Source: an uncultured Thermoleophilaceae bacterium
GTDB taxonomy: Bacteria; Actinomycetota; Thermoleophilia; Solirubrobacterales; Thermoleophilaceae
Length of the DNA: 64,000 nucleotides
Assembly: GCA_963846865.1 (NCBI GenBank)
Contig: CAWJXU010000002.1
Coordinates: 33,527-97,526, forward strand
Direction of reading: 5' to 3'
Positions 47,405-57,513 of this stretch are shown here, one piece after another. How positions within the stretch are numbered: the first letter of the stretch is position 1; every line of letters starts with the position of its first letter. Under the pieces are notes generated by a model. The model saw only the letters and a list, made by a program, of their open reading frames with translations, searched no databases and was not told the DNA's origin. A program made the translations under genes and the position numbers.

Positions 47405-49267
47405 CTAGCGGACGACCAGCTGGCCCTTCATCCCAGGATGAAGGCTGCAATAGAACCCGTACGTCTTTCCGGACTCGACGTTCTCCAGGCCATTCACCGG
47501 CACCGTCTCCCCGGTCCCGGCGAGCACGCTGCTGAAGGTGCCGTCGTTCGCCACGACGTCGTGCCGGACGATGTCGCCGTTCGTGTAGTTCACCGGCCCG
47601 CCGACCTGGGTCACCATCACCGGCGTCAGGTATCCGTACGACGCGCCGCCGGGACCGGTGGCGATCGTCGTCCCGACTCCCGGCAGGCCGCCGCCGTCGG
47701 GCAGCTCGGGCAGCGCAGGCAGGGCCGGCCCGCCGCCGCCGCCACCGCCACCGCCACCGTCCTCACCGAGCTTGAACGCGAACAGCGTGCTCGTGTTGTC
47801 CCACTGCGACGTCGCGAACACCATGTTCCGCGCGACCGAGACGCCGCTCGAGTTCCCCTGGTCGTGCATCGGCGTCTCCGTGTCCTGGATGAACGGGTGG
47901 GTGAGCAGCGGAGTGCCGCTCGCGGCGTCGAACGCCTGCAGCGCGCCGAGCGCGTCGTTCAGGCTGTAGACGACGCCGTTCGCGACCGCGACGCCGTTGT
48001 AGCGGAACGTGCCCGTCAGCGGTGTCGCCCATTGGACCGCGCCAGTGTCGCGGTTCAGCGAGTACAGGTTGCCTCCCGTCGTAGCCACGTAGATGCCGTT
48101 CGCATCAACCGCGCTCGAGCTTAGGTTGCAGCCGAAGCAGGGCGGGCTCAGAGTGGCCTGCCACTCGACCTCCATCGTCTCGGTGTCCACCGCGGTGTAC
48201 ACGCCCGACTTCTGGAGTCCGCCGAACAGCTTCCGCCCGTCGGTATGGCTCCACAGGTTCGGCGACGCCAGGAAGTTGAAGTCGAACTGGGCACACGTAA
48301 AGCGCCCGACCGGCCACTGCAGCTCCGTGTTGCAGACCGGCGACTCGACGTCGTTCGGCGCCGGATAGCTGTCCGACGTCCCGCGCTGCGACGCGAGGAT
48401 CTGCCCGAACGTCGAGCTGGCCGGGTCGGCGTCGATCTTCAGCAGCGCGTTCGTGCGCTCGTTCTGCCTCGGGCTGGCCGGGTTCCCCGTGCCGGCGAAG
48501 ATGAGCTTGCGCTCGAGGTCTACCGTCGGCGTGTTCACGATCGAGCCGCCGCGGTCGCCCGCCTCGAAGTCCTCTTCCGAGATCACGTAGTTCTTGGCGA
48601 GGATCTGACCGCCGCCCTCGCGTGAGCCGTCCACGATCACGAACCCCGGCTTCGAGTGGTTGCTCGACTCGTCGCCCTTGAAGGACTGGAAGATCATGCC
48701 GTTGAACGGCACCGGACTGGAATCGAGCCCGCCGCCGTCGTCCTCGTCGACGACCTGCTGCCACACGATCGCGCCGGTTGCCTGGTCGAGCGCGGACAGG
48801 ACGGACGCCTCCGGCGTCGTCGCGCCTACGTAGACGAGGCCATCGACGACCGCCGGCGAGCCGACGATGCCGGCGCCGTTCGTGATCGAGCTGCCGTCGC
48901 TGTCGCTCAGAGCCTGGGTCCACACGACCTCGCCGGTGTCCGCGTTGACCGAGAAGACGTTGCCGAGGTCAGTGCCGAAGAAGACGCAGCCGTCCACGAC
49001 CGTGGGCGTGGAGTGGATGGTGCCGCCATCGGGTGCGGCGAGCTGCCACGCAACCCCGAGCTGGGAGGCGTTGTCGGTGCCGATCGTGGTCTCGCTGAGC
49101 TGCTCGCGATGCCCGTCGAGCGTGCCGCTGTAGAACGGCCACTCGCCGCCCTCGGCCTCGGGCGCGCCGCAGGTGGCGGCGCTCTGCGCGCTCGCGCCGG
49201 CCGGCGCAAGGAGCGCTGCCCCCGCGACCAGCGTGAAGACGAGTGTCCGGATCCTCATGGCGTCCAC
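47405..49267 (-). CDS. Secreted PQQ-like beta-propeller repeat protein fused to a C-terminal amicyanin-like cupredoxin (copy 2)
   Basis: Full-length paralog of 40729..42600, with shared blocks GEWPFY.GTL..HREQL, CAQFDFNFLASPNLW and PCFGCNLSSSA. C-terminus ..VRHDV..YGFYCSLHPGMKGQLVVR. Confidence 0.7.
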   Translation of the reverse strand: MDAMRIRTLVFTLVAGAALLAPAGASAQSAATCGAPEAEGGEWPFYSGTLDGHREQLSETTIGTDNASQLGVAWQLAAPDGGTIHSTPTVVDGCVFFGTDLGNVFSVNADTGEVVWTQALSDSDGSSITNGAGIVGSPAVVDGLVYVGATTPEASVLSALDQATGAIVWQQVVDEDDGGGLDSSPVPFNGMIFQSFKGDESSNHSKPGFVIVDGSREGGGQILAKNYVISEEDFEAGDRGGSIVNTPTVDLERKLIFAGTGNPASPRQNERTNALLKIDADPASSTFGQILASQRGTSDSYPAPNDVESPVCNTELQWPVGRFTCAQFDFNFLASPNLWSHTDGRKLFGGLQKSGVYTAVDTETMEVEWQATLSPPCFGCNLSSSAVDANGIYVATTGGNLYSLNRDTGAVQWATPLTGTFRYNGVAVANGVVYSLNDALGALQAFDAASGTPLLTHPFIQDTETPMHDQGNSSGVSVARNMVFATSQWDNTSTLFAFKLGEDGGGGGGGGGGPALPALPELPDGGGLPGVGTTIATGPGGASYGYLTPVMVTQVGGPVNYTNGDIVRHDVVANDGTFSSVLAGTGETVPVNGLENVESGKTYGFYCSLHPGMKGQLVVR

Positions 49268-51030
49268 GGCCCCTCCCTCAGTCCCTGCAGTACCTCGCGG
49301 CGCGTGCGCGCCCCGTTCACCTGGTTCGACGCCAACGGCGCTTGCTCCGTCGGCTTTCCGGCGTCCTTTACGTAGTCGGACTTCTGGAGGCCGTTGACGG
49401 CCTCGCAGTCGAGCGCGTTGCGCTTCGCGTCCGGATCGATGTTGTAGGCCAGCGCCGCGTTGCGGCCGAGGATGCCGTTGCGGATGGTCCGCTCCGGGCT
49501 GGGCGCCGGCTGCGTCGGGTCCTCGACGTCTCCGTCGAGGCCGTAGGGCAGGTTGTAGAGCGCCTTGGCCTCATCGGAGAACTCGAGCGTTCGCATGGCG
49601 ACGATCTCCGACTGCGGCGAGCCGTACCACAGGCTGTCGGTGCCCCAGGCGATCCGCTTGGGGCCGACGTGCGTGATCAGCTTGCCGAGCAGGTGCGCGG
49701 CCGCGCTCGGGTTTCCGACGTGGTCGCGCCACACCGACCCGAGCTCTGCCCAGACGTTCGGCACGTTGCCGAATGTCTTGCCGGGCTCGATGAACTGCGA
49801 CGCGTCGTAGTCGTTCTCGCGCAGCGACTTGATGAACGAGTCGACTGAGCGGTCCGACGAGTTGACGTTCTCGTCGCCGGCGTACTCGGTCTCGCCTCCC
49901 TGGAAGAGGTCGTAGCCCGAGTGGTAGATCATGAAGCGCACGCCCGGGTTCGCCTTGGCCGCCGGGCCCACGTCGCGCGGCGCGGCGCCGCGCTGGTCGA
50001 AGCCCGGCAGGGCGAAGCCCTTGTGCGTGGCCACGACCGGCGGGATGTCGGGGTAGGCGTCGCTGACCTTCTTGACGTTCTCGAGGAACCCCATGCCCGC
50101 GTCCGAGTCGAGCTGCCAGCCCGACGCGTGCGGCACGTCACCCCAGGCGCAGTAGGTCTTCCAGCCGCCCAGGATCTCGTGGTACTGCTCGGCCCGGGTC
50201 CACATCTGCTCCATCTCCTGGTCGAAGAAGAGCGGCTTCGGCGGCTCTTGGCCGGTCGGCTCCATTAGTTGGTCCTGGGTCATGCCCGTCCCGCCGCGGT
50301 TCGGCATGACGAAGGCGTGCATGATCGCGCGCTGCGAGTTCGTCATCTCGTTCGCCGCGTTCACCGTCAGCGCGGCCTCCGCGAGCGGCAGCGGGTTGTT
50401 CGTGTCCGGGGAGGTCGGCGTGCACGAGAGCACCGTCATCGTGGTCGCCGAGTCCAGGTACAGCTCCTTCATGTAATGGAACCGCGACATGTTCTCGACG
50501 GGGTCGATCTCGCCGGCGCCGCCGCCGCGGATCGAACCGTCCTCGCGGAGCCCGGGCTGGTCGCCGAGCGCCGGCGACGCCTGCGGCCAGACCGCCACGA
50601 AGAAGGCCATCATCGCCGGGTTCGTGACCCGCCAGTCGCCCTCCGGGTCGACGTGGTGTGACTGGATATCGAAGACGAACTCGCCCGGCAGGTTCATCAA
50701 CGTGCTCTTGTCGGTCGCCTCGTCCCACTCGAGGTCACAGGCGTTCGTCGTAGCCGTGTTGTGGCCGAGCGCGTAGCTGCCCCACCGCGTGTTCATCACC
50801 GCGTTGATCGACCACATGCCGATCGACATCGCGGCCGACGTGCGGACGAACTGGCGGCGGCTCATGTTGAAGTGCCGCCGCCACCGCTCGACCTCGCGGT
50901 TCTGCAGCCGCATGATCGCGATCTGCTCCGGAGTGACCGGGAGGGGCGCGTACTCGTCGTTCGAGCAGGGGAGGATGTCCACCGGGAGGCCCTCCCACTG
51001 GTCGGGCCAGGACTTCTTCCAGGTGATCAT
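49255..51030 (-). CDS. Tat-exported amidohydrolase-fold metallohydrolase with a long conserved leader (copy 2)
   Basis: Full-length paralog of 42588..44330: LPCSNDEYAPLP, EVERWRRHFNMSRRQFVRTSAA, FVFDIQSHHVD, ATHKGFALPGFDQRGAAPRDVGPAAKA. The ATG overlaps the upstream TAA by 1 nt. Confidence 0.65.
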   Translation of the reverse strand: MITWKKSWPDQWEGLPVDILPCSNDEYAPLPVTPEQIAIMRLQNREVERWRRHFNMSRRQFVRTSAAMSIGMWSINAVMNTRWGSYALGHNTATTNACDLEWDEATDKSTLMNLPGEFVFDIQSHHVDPEGDWRVTNPAMMAFFVAVWPQASPALGDQPGLREDGSIRGGGAGEIDPVENMSRFHYMKELYLDSATTMTVLSCTPTSPDTNNPLPLAEAALTVNAANEMTNSQRAIMHAFVMPNRGGTGMTQDQLMEPTGQEPPKPLFFDQEMEQMWTRAEQYHEILGGWKTYCAWGDVPHASGWQLDSDAGMGFLENVKKVSDAYPDIPPVVATHKGFALPGFDQRGAAPRDVGPAAKANPGVRFMIYHSGYDLFQGGETEYAGDENVNSSDRSVDSFIKSLRENDYDASQFIEPGKTFGNVPNVWAELGSVWRDHVGNPSAAAHLLGKLITHVGPKRIAWGTDSLWYGSPQSEIVAMRTLEFSDEAKALYNLPYGLDGDVEDPTQPAPSPERTIRNGILGRNAALAYNIDPDAKRNALDCEAVNGLQKSDYVKDAGKPTEQAPLASNQVNGARTRREVLQGLREGPWTP

Positions 51031-52859
51031 TACTCCGCTACCTCGAACGCCCCGCGCATCGACGGGTGGATGCGGCAGAAGTACGTGACGATCTCGCCCT
51101 TCTGGTAGCCCTCGTCCTCCGTCACGGGCACCGTCCAGTCGAGCACGTTCTTCGCACCGCTGATCTCGGGCACCGAGAAGCCGAGCTGGCCCGAGTCCAT
51201 CTCGACAGGACGGCCGGCGCTGGACTCGCCGTCACCCAGCGGGAACGCTGCGCCTGTCGGCCCGAGGCACGGGAACTTGCACGACGTGATCGTGTGCAGG
51301 ATCCCTCCGCCGTCGAGGTTCGTGAAGCGCAGGTTCGAGCCGAGCGGCACCTTCGGCACGCCCAGGCTGTTCGCCTGGCTCAGATCCCCGGGGACGTAGA
51401 GGAAGTCGGCGATCCCGACCTCGTTCGTCGCCCCGCTCAACGGCGCATCCGACGGGACGGTCCACTCGCCCTGCGGGCCGCCGCGGAAGGCGTTCTCCTT
51501 GTAGTGCCCATGCGTCTCGAAGAGCCCGTTCGGGCACAGCGTCGGAGTCGCCGCCGCCAGCCCGCCGGAGTCGCACCTGTCGGAGTTGTCGACAGGCGCT
51601 GTGAACGCGTCGACGCCTGGCGCCTGCTTGTTCCCTTCAGCGTCCTCGGGAACGAGCAGCGAAACGACGATGCCCATGTTCTCGTAGGTCGACTGGAGCT
51701 TCGTGTCGTACGCCGCGTTCGAGCGGAGCACGTCACCCGGCTCGACGTGAACGCCCCAGTTCGGCAAGCCGCTCACGCGCATCGAGAAGTCCCACGTGTC
51801 GGGCGGGCCGCCGCCCTTCGTCTTGTCGTCGGGGTCCCAGTAGGTCGGGATGCCCGTGTAGATCCGCTGCTCCTGGTCTCCCCTGACCAGGTCGACCTCG
51901 TTCCGGATGCCGCCAGGGTGGAGGTGTCCGCCGAGGCCGATGATCGTCCCGCCGGTGAAGTTGTCGACTTGGCCGAACGACTCTCCCTCTGCAGGGAGCG
52001 CCTCGTCCTGGCCGATGCCGTTTCCGGGCTCGCCCTGGCCGACCTCGGTCTCCCCCCACGAGTTGAACGCGGCGCACTCCTCCTTCGGCCACGTGCACTC
52101 GCCGTCCTCGCCGCCGAACGGGCGCTGGACGTTGAAGACGGGATAGCTCGACGGGCGAACGTCAAGCCAAAGCGGATACGCCGGCTTCATCTCGGCTGCG
52201 GCCGGCGAGCTCGCCGGCACGAAGTCGATCTCGTACGTGATGTACACCTCCATCGGGTTCTGCACGGCCGAATGGACCATGTAGAGGAGCTGCCACTGGT
52301 CGGTCGCCTTGATCGGCATGCCGTAGCCGCGCGGGAACGGCGCGATCGTCTTCTCCTCGCCCGACGCGAAGAAAGGCCCGTCGCCGTAGCTGTCCGTGGC
52401 GTTCAGCCAGGTGCCGTGATGCAGATGCACCTCATGCACCGGCGGCACGGTGCCGTCGACGCGCGTCAGGTTCGGCTTGAAGCGCGTGATGTAACCGTCC
52501 TGCAGCGGCTTCTCGATCGTTACCGGGCCGAGGAGGACGTCGTTCTGGCCGGGCTTGACCGCGAGGGGGCCGTAGGCGAAACGCATGCGGACGCAGGAGC
52601 CGGGATAGCGCTCGTACTGCGTGGCCGGATCCCATCCCTCGACCTCGTACGCCTTGCTCTCGACCGGGTCGCCGGCGTCGTCGACGCACTTCTTCTTGAG
52701 CATGGGCTCCCCGTCGAACTCGCCGCCGTTGAAGGTGCCCGCGAAGTTTGGATCCGGTGTGGCCGGAGGCTGTGGCGGCCGCTCGTCCTGTCCAGATGCC
52801 GCCCCTGGCACTGCAAGCGCCAGAAGCGAGATGACCATTACGAGCGCGTAGACGCGCAC
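51030..52859 (-). CDS. Secreted PHM/DBH-like copper monooxygenase fused to a C-terminal amicyanin-like cupredoxin (copy 2)
   Basis: GTG 52859 follows AGGGGGA. Signal peptide VRVYALVMVISLLALAVPGAASG. VHLHHGTWL, LLYMVHSAV, GGHLHPGG, VEPGDVL..YDTKLQSTYENMG, HTITSCKFPCLGPTGAAFP, YFCRIHPSMRGAFEVAE. Confidence 0.6.
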   Translation of the reverse strand: MRVYALVMVISLLALAVPGAASGQDERPPQPPATPDPNFAGTFNGGEFDGEPMLKKKCVDDAGDPVESKAYEVEGWDPATQYERYPGSCVRMRFAYGPLAVKPGQNDVLLGPVTIEKPLQDGYITRFKPNLTRVDGTVPPVHEVHLHHGTWLNATDSYGDGPFFASGEEKTIAPFPRGYGMPIKATDQWQLLYMVHSAVQNPMEVYITYEIDFVPASSPAAAEMKPAYPLWLDVRPSSYPVFNVQRPFGGEDGECTWPKEECAAFNSWGETEVGQGEPGNGIGQDEALPAEGESFGQVDNFTGGTIIGLGGHLHPGGIRNEVDLVRGDQEQRIYTGIPTYWDPDDKTKGGGPPDTWDFSMRVSGLPNWGVHVEPGDVLRSNAAYDTKLQSTYENMGIVVSLLVPEDAEGNKQAPGVDAFTAPVDNSDRCDSGGLAAATPTLCPNGLFETHGHYKENAFRGGPQGEWTVPSDAPLSGATNEVGIADFLYVPGDLSQANSLGVPKVPLGSNLRFTNLDGGGILHTITSCKFPCLGPTGAAFPLGDGESSAGRPVEMDSGQLGFSVPEISGAKNVLDWTVPVTEDEGYQKGEIVTYFCRIHPSMRGAFEVAE

Positions 52860-52922
52860 CTGCAAAATCCCCCTGCCTTGCACGTATTCCCCCCTGCTGT
52901 TAGATGTGCGTTCCGCTAGTGC

Positions 52923-52938
52923 GGTACGCCTCCGTACA
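52923..52938. promoter_or_regulatory. Imperfect palindrome GGTACG-cctc-CGTACA upstream of copper operon 2 (candidate TetR operator)
   Basis: Lies 64 nt upstream of the 52859 start and has the same half-site as 46932-46951, with one mismatch. Confidence 0.3.
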
Positions 52939-53043
52939 CACCGGTACGCGGATGTATATGGGTGCGCTAGGGGGCTGTCAAGGGGCGCGGCGGATTTTTT
53001 TCCTGCCGCCCCGCGAAAGCGGCAGCTGTCAAAGCGGAGGGGG

Positions 53044-53110
53044 TGGGATTCGAACCCACGGTCCGCCTAACGACGGACACCGGTTTGAAGGCCGAGTCCC
53101 CTGGGGTGTT
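53044..53110 (-). pseudogene. tRNA-Ser/Sec-like 3' remnant (T arm, long variable arm, part of the anticodon arm; no 5' half)
   Basis: The reverse complement ..GGCCTTCAAACCGGTGTCCGTCGTTAGGCGGACCGTGGGTTCGAATCCCACCCCCTCCG has its last 27 nt identical to tRNA-Ser(UGA). The anticodon stem does not pair and no GGAGGGG 5' acceptor strand is found. Confidence 0.4.
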
Positions 53111-53174
53111 CCGCCTACGAGCGGCGACGGTGAGGGGAGCTGCTGGTTTTCGCGCAAAGCGGAAGCGGGTGCGC

Positions 53175-55096
53175 TCAGAATCGGATCTGGGCGCCGAGGG
53201 TGACAACGCGCTCTGGCGGAAGGTTGAAGTAGTTGGCCGGGCTAGCTGCGTTGCGTGCCATCGCCATGAAAAGGGCCTTGCGCCAGCGTGCCATCCCGTT
53301 TTCCTCGGTCGGGACGAGGCTCATCTGCGAGAGGAAGTAGGTGGCGTGGTAGGGGTTGAAGTCGACCTCCATCTGGTCAGCGCGCCGCGCGGCGCCCAGT
53401 GCGCGCGGTACGTCCGGGTCGTCCTGGTAGCCGAACCGCAGTGTCATGTGGCTGTAGCCGTCGTGGGCGTAGCCGAGGTCGTCCCACACGACCCGGTCCT
53501 CAGGGCGAACATACGGCTCGTTCGTGGTCTCGACGGTCACGATCACGACCTCTTCGGGGATCGCGTGGAGCCGGGTTTGGCTGACGCGGAGCGCGAGCGG
53601 GGTCGTGTCGGGCGACGGGTTCAGGTAGATCGCAGGCCCCGGCAGCTGCGTGGCGGGGCGCGTTGCCGCTGTGCATCTCTTCGATGAAGTCGCTCAGTGG
53701 CCCCTCCGCGGCGGTGCGCCGCTCGGTGACGCGCCGCCTGCCTTGGTCCCAGGTCGTGAGCAGCAGCAGCACGACGGCTCCGACCACGAGCGGGAACCAG
53801 CCGCCCTGCGCGATCTTCGGGAGGTTGGCGGCGAGGAACAGGAGGTCGACGACGACGAACCCGATGATCCCGGCGGCGATCATCCAGACGCGGCTTTCGC
53901 CACAGCGACACGCGCGACGACGAGGAACAGGATCGAGTCGATCAGGAGGGTGCCCGTGACCGCGATGCCGTAGGCGGTCGCGAGCTCCGATGAGGAGCCG
54001 AAGCTGAGTACGACCCCGACGACGAGCACGAACAGCGTCCAGTTCACGGCCGGGAGGTAGACCTGCCCGATCGTCTCCGCGGAGGTGTGCTTGATGTCGA
54101 CGCGTGGCAGGAAGCCGAGCTGGGCGACCTGCCGAGTCACCGAGAACGCGCCCGAGATGACGGCCTGGGAGGCGATCAGAGTCGCGCAGGTGGCCAGGAC
54201 GATCATCGGCACCCGCGACCACTCCGGGATCAGGAGGTAGAACGGGCTCTCGACGGCTTCGGGCGAGTGGAGGATCAGCGACGCCTGGCCGACGTAGTTG
54301 AGCGTCAGCGCCGGGAACGCGACGAAGAACCATGCCCGGCTGATCGCGCGTCGGCCGAAGTGGCCCATGTCCGCATACAGCGCCTCCGAGCCGGTGAAGA
54401 CGAGGACGACCGCGCCGAGCGCCAGGAACGCCTCGAGCGGGTGGGCGGCGAAGAACTCGACGGCATAGGTGGGCGACAGACCGAGCAGGGCGTCCGGGTG
54501 CTTGACGATCTCCGCGATGCCCGCGGCTGCGAGCGCCGCGAACCAGAGGCCGATGATCGGCGCGAACAGGCGCCCGACCGATTGCCGTGCCGTGGCGTTG
54601 GATCGCGAACAGGCCCGAATACCACCGCGATCGTGCAGGGCAGGATGATCGACGACAAGCTCGGCGCGGCGACTTCGATGCCCTCCACCGCCGACAGCAC
54701 CGAGATCGCCGGCGTGAGCATCCCGTCCGCGTAGAAGAGCGCGACGCCGACAAGGCCCGCGGTCAAGAGCGACAGCTTGACCCTGCGGCTCCCGATGTCG
54801 GCGCGGCGCAGGAGCGCGAAGAGCGCCATCACGCCGCCCTCGCCCTCGTTGTCGGCGCGCATGATGAAGGTGACGAACTTGATCGAGACCATCAGCGTCA
54901 GCGACCAGGCGACGAGCGAGATCACTCCGTAGACGTCCCCCTTGGTCACCTCCACCGCGCCGCCGTCCGGCGAGAAGGTGGCCTGGATCGCGTAGAGCGG
55001 GCTCGTGCCGATGTCGCCGAAGACCACGCCGAGCGCGGCGAGCGCGAGCACGTTCACCGACGTCGGGCGCGCCGGTTTCTCCGCAGTCGTGGTCAT
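53175..55096 (-). pseudogene. kup: KUP-family K+ uptake transporter, at least 4 frameshifts
   Basis: ..LGVVFGDIGTSPLYA.. (ORF 54305..55096), ..FTGSEALYADMGHFG..ASQAVISGAFS.. (53880..55127), ..GGWFPL.. (53500..54753) and the C-terminal ..TNEPYV..LRFGYQDDPDVP..VVTLGAQIRF* (53175..53546). Confidence 0.75.
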
Positions 55097-55166
55097 CCAC
55101 GTCGAAGTACAGCCGCCGCGCCGTCAAGCCCGGATCAAGTTTTCGGGCGCGCGCGTAGAGATTTCG

Positions 55167-55857
55167 TCAAGCAGGCTCGCGCAGCCGGTAGCCGACGCCA
55201 GGGTCGGTGACCAGGTAGCGAGGGCTCGATGCGTCCGGCTCGAGCTTCGCGCGGATGTGCGCGATGTGCACCCGCAGGTAGTGCGTCTCGTCGACGTATT
55301 CCGGCCCCCACACCTCGCTGAGGAGCTGCCGGTGGGTGACGAGCTTGCCGGCGTGGAGCGCGAGTACGCGCAGGATGTCGAACTCGAGCGGCGTGAGGTG
55401 GATCTCCTCGCCGGCACGCGTGACGGCGTGGCCGGCGACGTCGATCGACAGATCGCCGAGCGAGATCACGGGCTGGCCGCCGTCGCCGGAGCGGCGCATG
55501 AGCGCCCGCAGTCGTGCGAGTAGCTCGTCGGCGCCGAACGGCTTCGTCAGGTAATCGTCCGCGCCCGCGTCGAGCGCTCGCACCTTCTCGCGCTCGTCGC
55601 CCACTGCCGACAGGACGATGATCGGGAGCTTGCTCCAGCCGCGCACTTCCTTGCACACCTCGACGCCGCTGCCGTCGGGGAGGATCAGGTCCAGCACGAG
55701 CAATCTCGGGCGGACGCACGGCGACCCGGTCGAGCGCCTCGCTCTTGGTGGCCGCCGTATCGACCTCGAACCCGGCCTGGCGGAGCACGACCTTCAGGCC
55801 GCGAACGATTTGCGGCTCGTCGTCGACGACGAGCACGCGCGGGCCGTCAGCGCCCAT
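55167..55857 (-). pseudogene. kdpE: OmpR-family response regulator KdpE, one frameshift near 55705
   Basis: Receiver start MGADGPRVLVVDDEPQIVRGL.. is in one frame. ..LVLDLILPDGSG..DYLTKPFG..THRQLLSEVWGPEYVDETHYLRVHIAHIRAKLE..GVGYRL is in another. Confidence 0.7.
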
Positions 55858-57256
55858 GCGACATGCTGGGCTGGCGTGGTCAGCGGGAAGCTGACCGCGA
55901 AGGTGGTCGCGCCCTCTCGCGCGGATTGCAACGCGATCTGACCCCCGTTCGCCTCCACGAACCCGCGGCAGATCGCCAGCCCGAGCCCCGCGCCGACCGC
56001 GCCCTCGCGGCCGCGGAAGAACGGCTCGAACACATAGCGGCGCTGGCTCTGAGGGATCGACCGGCCGCGGTTGGCGACGCGCACGAACACCTTCGAGCCG
56101 CCGGTGCCGGCGCTGATCTCTACCGGCGCGCCATCCGCCGAGAACTTGAACGCGTTCTCGATCAGAGTTCGCGAACACCCGCTCGACCTGCGCCGCGTCC
56201 GCACGAACAAGCGGGAGGTCGTCCGGCAGGCGAAGCTCGACCGGATGATCGCCCCGCCGCGAACGCGCGTCGGCCAGAGCGCTCGTCACGACGTCACGCA
56301 GGTCGCACCAGTCGGTCTGCGGATGAAGAGCGCCGGCCTCGATCCGCGACAGGTCGAGCAGGTCCGTGACCATCCGGTTCAGCCGCTCCGTCTCCTCGTC
56401 GAGCACCGACAGAAGCTCGTCGCGGTCGCGCTCGTGCTCGGAATCGCGCAGGCCGGTGAGAGCTGTCGTGATCGCGGTCAACGGCGAGCGCAGGTCGTGC
56501 GAGATCGCATGCAGCACCGCCGTCTTCGCGACATCCGCGCGGGTTGCCGCCTCCGCCTCCGCCGACCGCTCGGCCACCCGCTCGCGCTCCAGAGCGAGAT
56601 CGAACAGCTGCCGCAGCGGCTCGCAAAGCCGCTCGAGGGCCGTCCCTGTCCCAGCCGTACGCGGAGTCCCCATACAGCCAGCCGCTCCTCGTCGAGGTCT
56701 TCAGGCTCGTCGAAAGCTCGCCGCCCCGAGGCGCCGGGACCGGCGAGAGCGACACGCGCAGCCCCGCTCTCGCGAACGCTGCGCTCAGCCGGCTCCCATC
56801 GCTGGCAAGCTCCTGCTCCACCGGACCGCCAGCGAGCAGCGACGACGCCGCGTCGGCAAGCAACTGCGCGACGCGCTCATGGCGCTCCGCCTCCTGCGCC
56901 CGCGCGTGCGCCTCCTCGGCACGCGCGCGCGCCGTCGCCGCAAGCCGGCTCACCACCGCGGCGACGACGAGGAACACCGCGAGCGCCACCAGGTCACCGG
57001 AGTTCGAGATCGCGAGCTGGTAGCGCGGCTCGATGAACAGGAAGTTGAAAACCAGCACCGACAGCACCGCGGTCGCAAGCGCCGGCACCTCCCCGCGCCG
57101 CAACGCCACGAACGCGACCGCAAGCAGGTACACGACCCCGAGCCCGACCGCCGGAGCGACGGCGTCGAGCAGGGCGACGCCGAGCGACGCGACCGCCGTC
57201 GCGGACACCACCTCGACCGCGGTCACGCCATACGTGCGAAGACCGGCGCGAGCCAT
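55794..57256 (-). pseudogene. KdpD-like sensor histidine kinase lacking the N-terminal KdpD/Usp module (at least 2 frameshifts)
   Basis: TM (DUF4118-like) region ..GVVYLLAVAFVALRRG..LVFNFLFIEP... H-box ..HAISHDLRSPLTAI... ATPase part ..LIENAFKFS..GLGLAICRGFVEANGG.. in a third frame. The 3' end is uncertain and overlaps kdpE by 64 nt as read. Confidence 0.6.
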
Positions 57257-57513
57257 GCGATGAGTGTAAGTACGCACTTGCTTCCGCGTGAAAGCAGCAG
57301 CACCAAGAACGCGCGCGCCACCGGGAACTCCTACGCGGATGGGTCCCATCCGACTCGCGAGGGGGTGCCGGGGCTGTGATGCGCCACGTGATGCGCCAGC
57401 GCGCGCCAGCCACCAGCGGTCCCAAGCGGCTTCCGGCGGTCCGACGGCGGCCTTGGCCAAGGACGAGGTATGCCTGCGGGTACCGTCAGGATGGGCAATC
57501 GCGGCTTCTGAAG

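Noticed and set aside
52960-53040. T-run plus GC hairpin (ggcgcggcggatttttttcctgccgcc / ctgccgc..gcggcag), considered as a terminator.
   Set aside because: The T-run precedes the hairpin on the plus strand, and on the minus strand the hairpin is followed by an A-run. Neither orientation fits a canonical intrinsic terminator.
53044-53135. Possible selC (tRNA-Sec), since the remnant's would-be anticodon loop reads CTTCAAA (UCA) next to a long variable arm.
   Set aside because: The anticodon stem does not base-pair, no D arm or 5' acceptor strand (GGAGGGG / CGGAGGGG) exists, and no selenoprotein-related genes are nearby. I treat it as a decayed tRNA or att remnant. A covariance-model scan would settle it.
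53042-53420. Possible tmRNA (ssrA), because of the GGTTCGAATCCCACCCCCTCC tRNA-like 3' end.
   Set aside because: The region upstream on the minus strand is occupied by the conserved C-terminus of kup (53175-53546). No complementary 5' acceptor strand or tag-peptide ORF was found.
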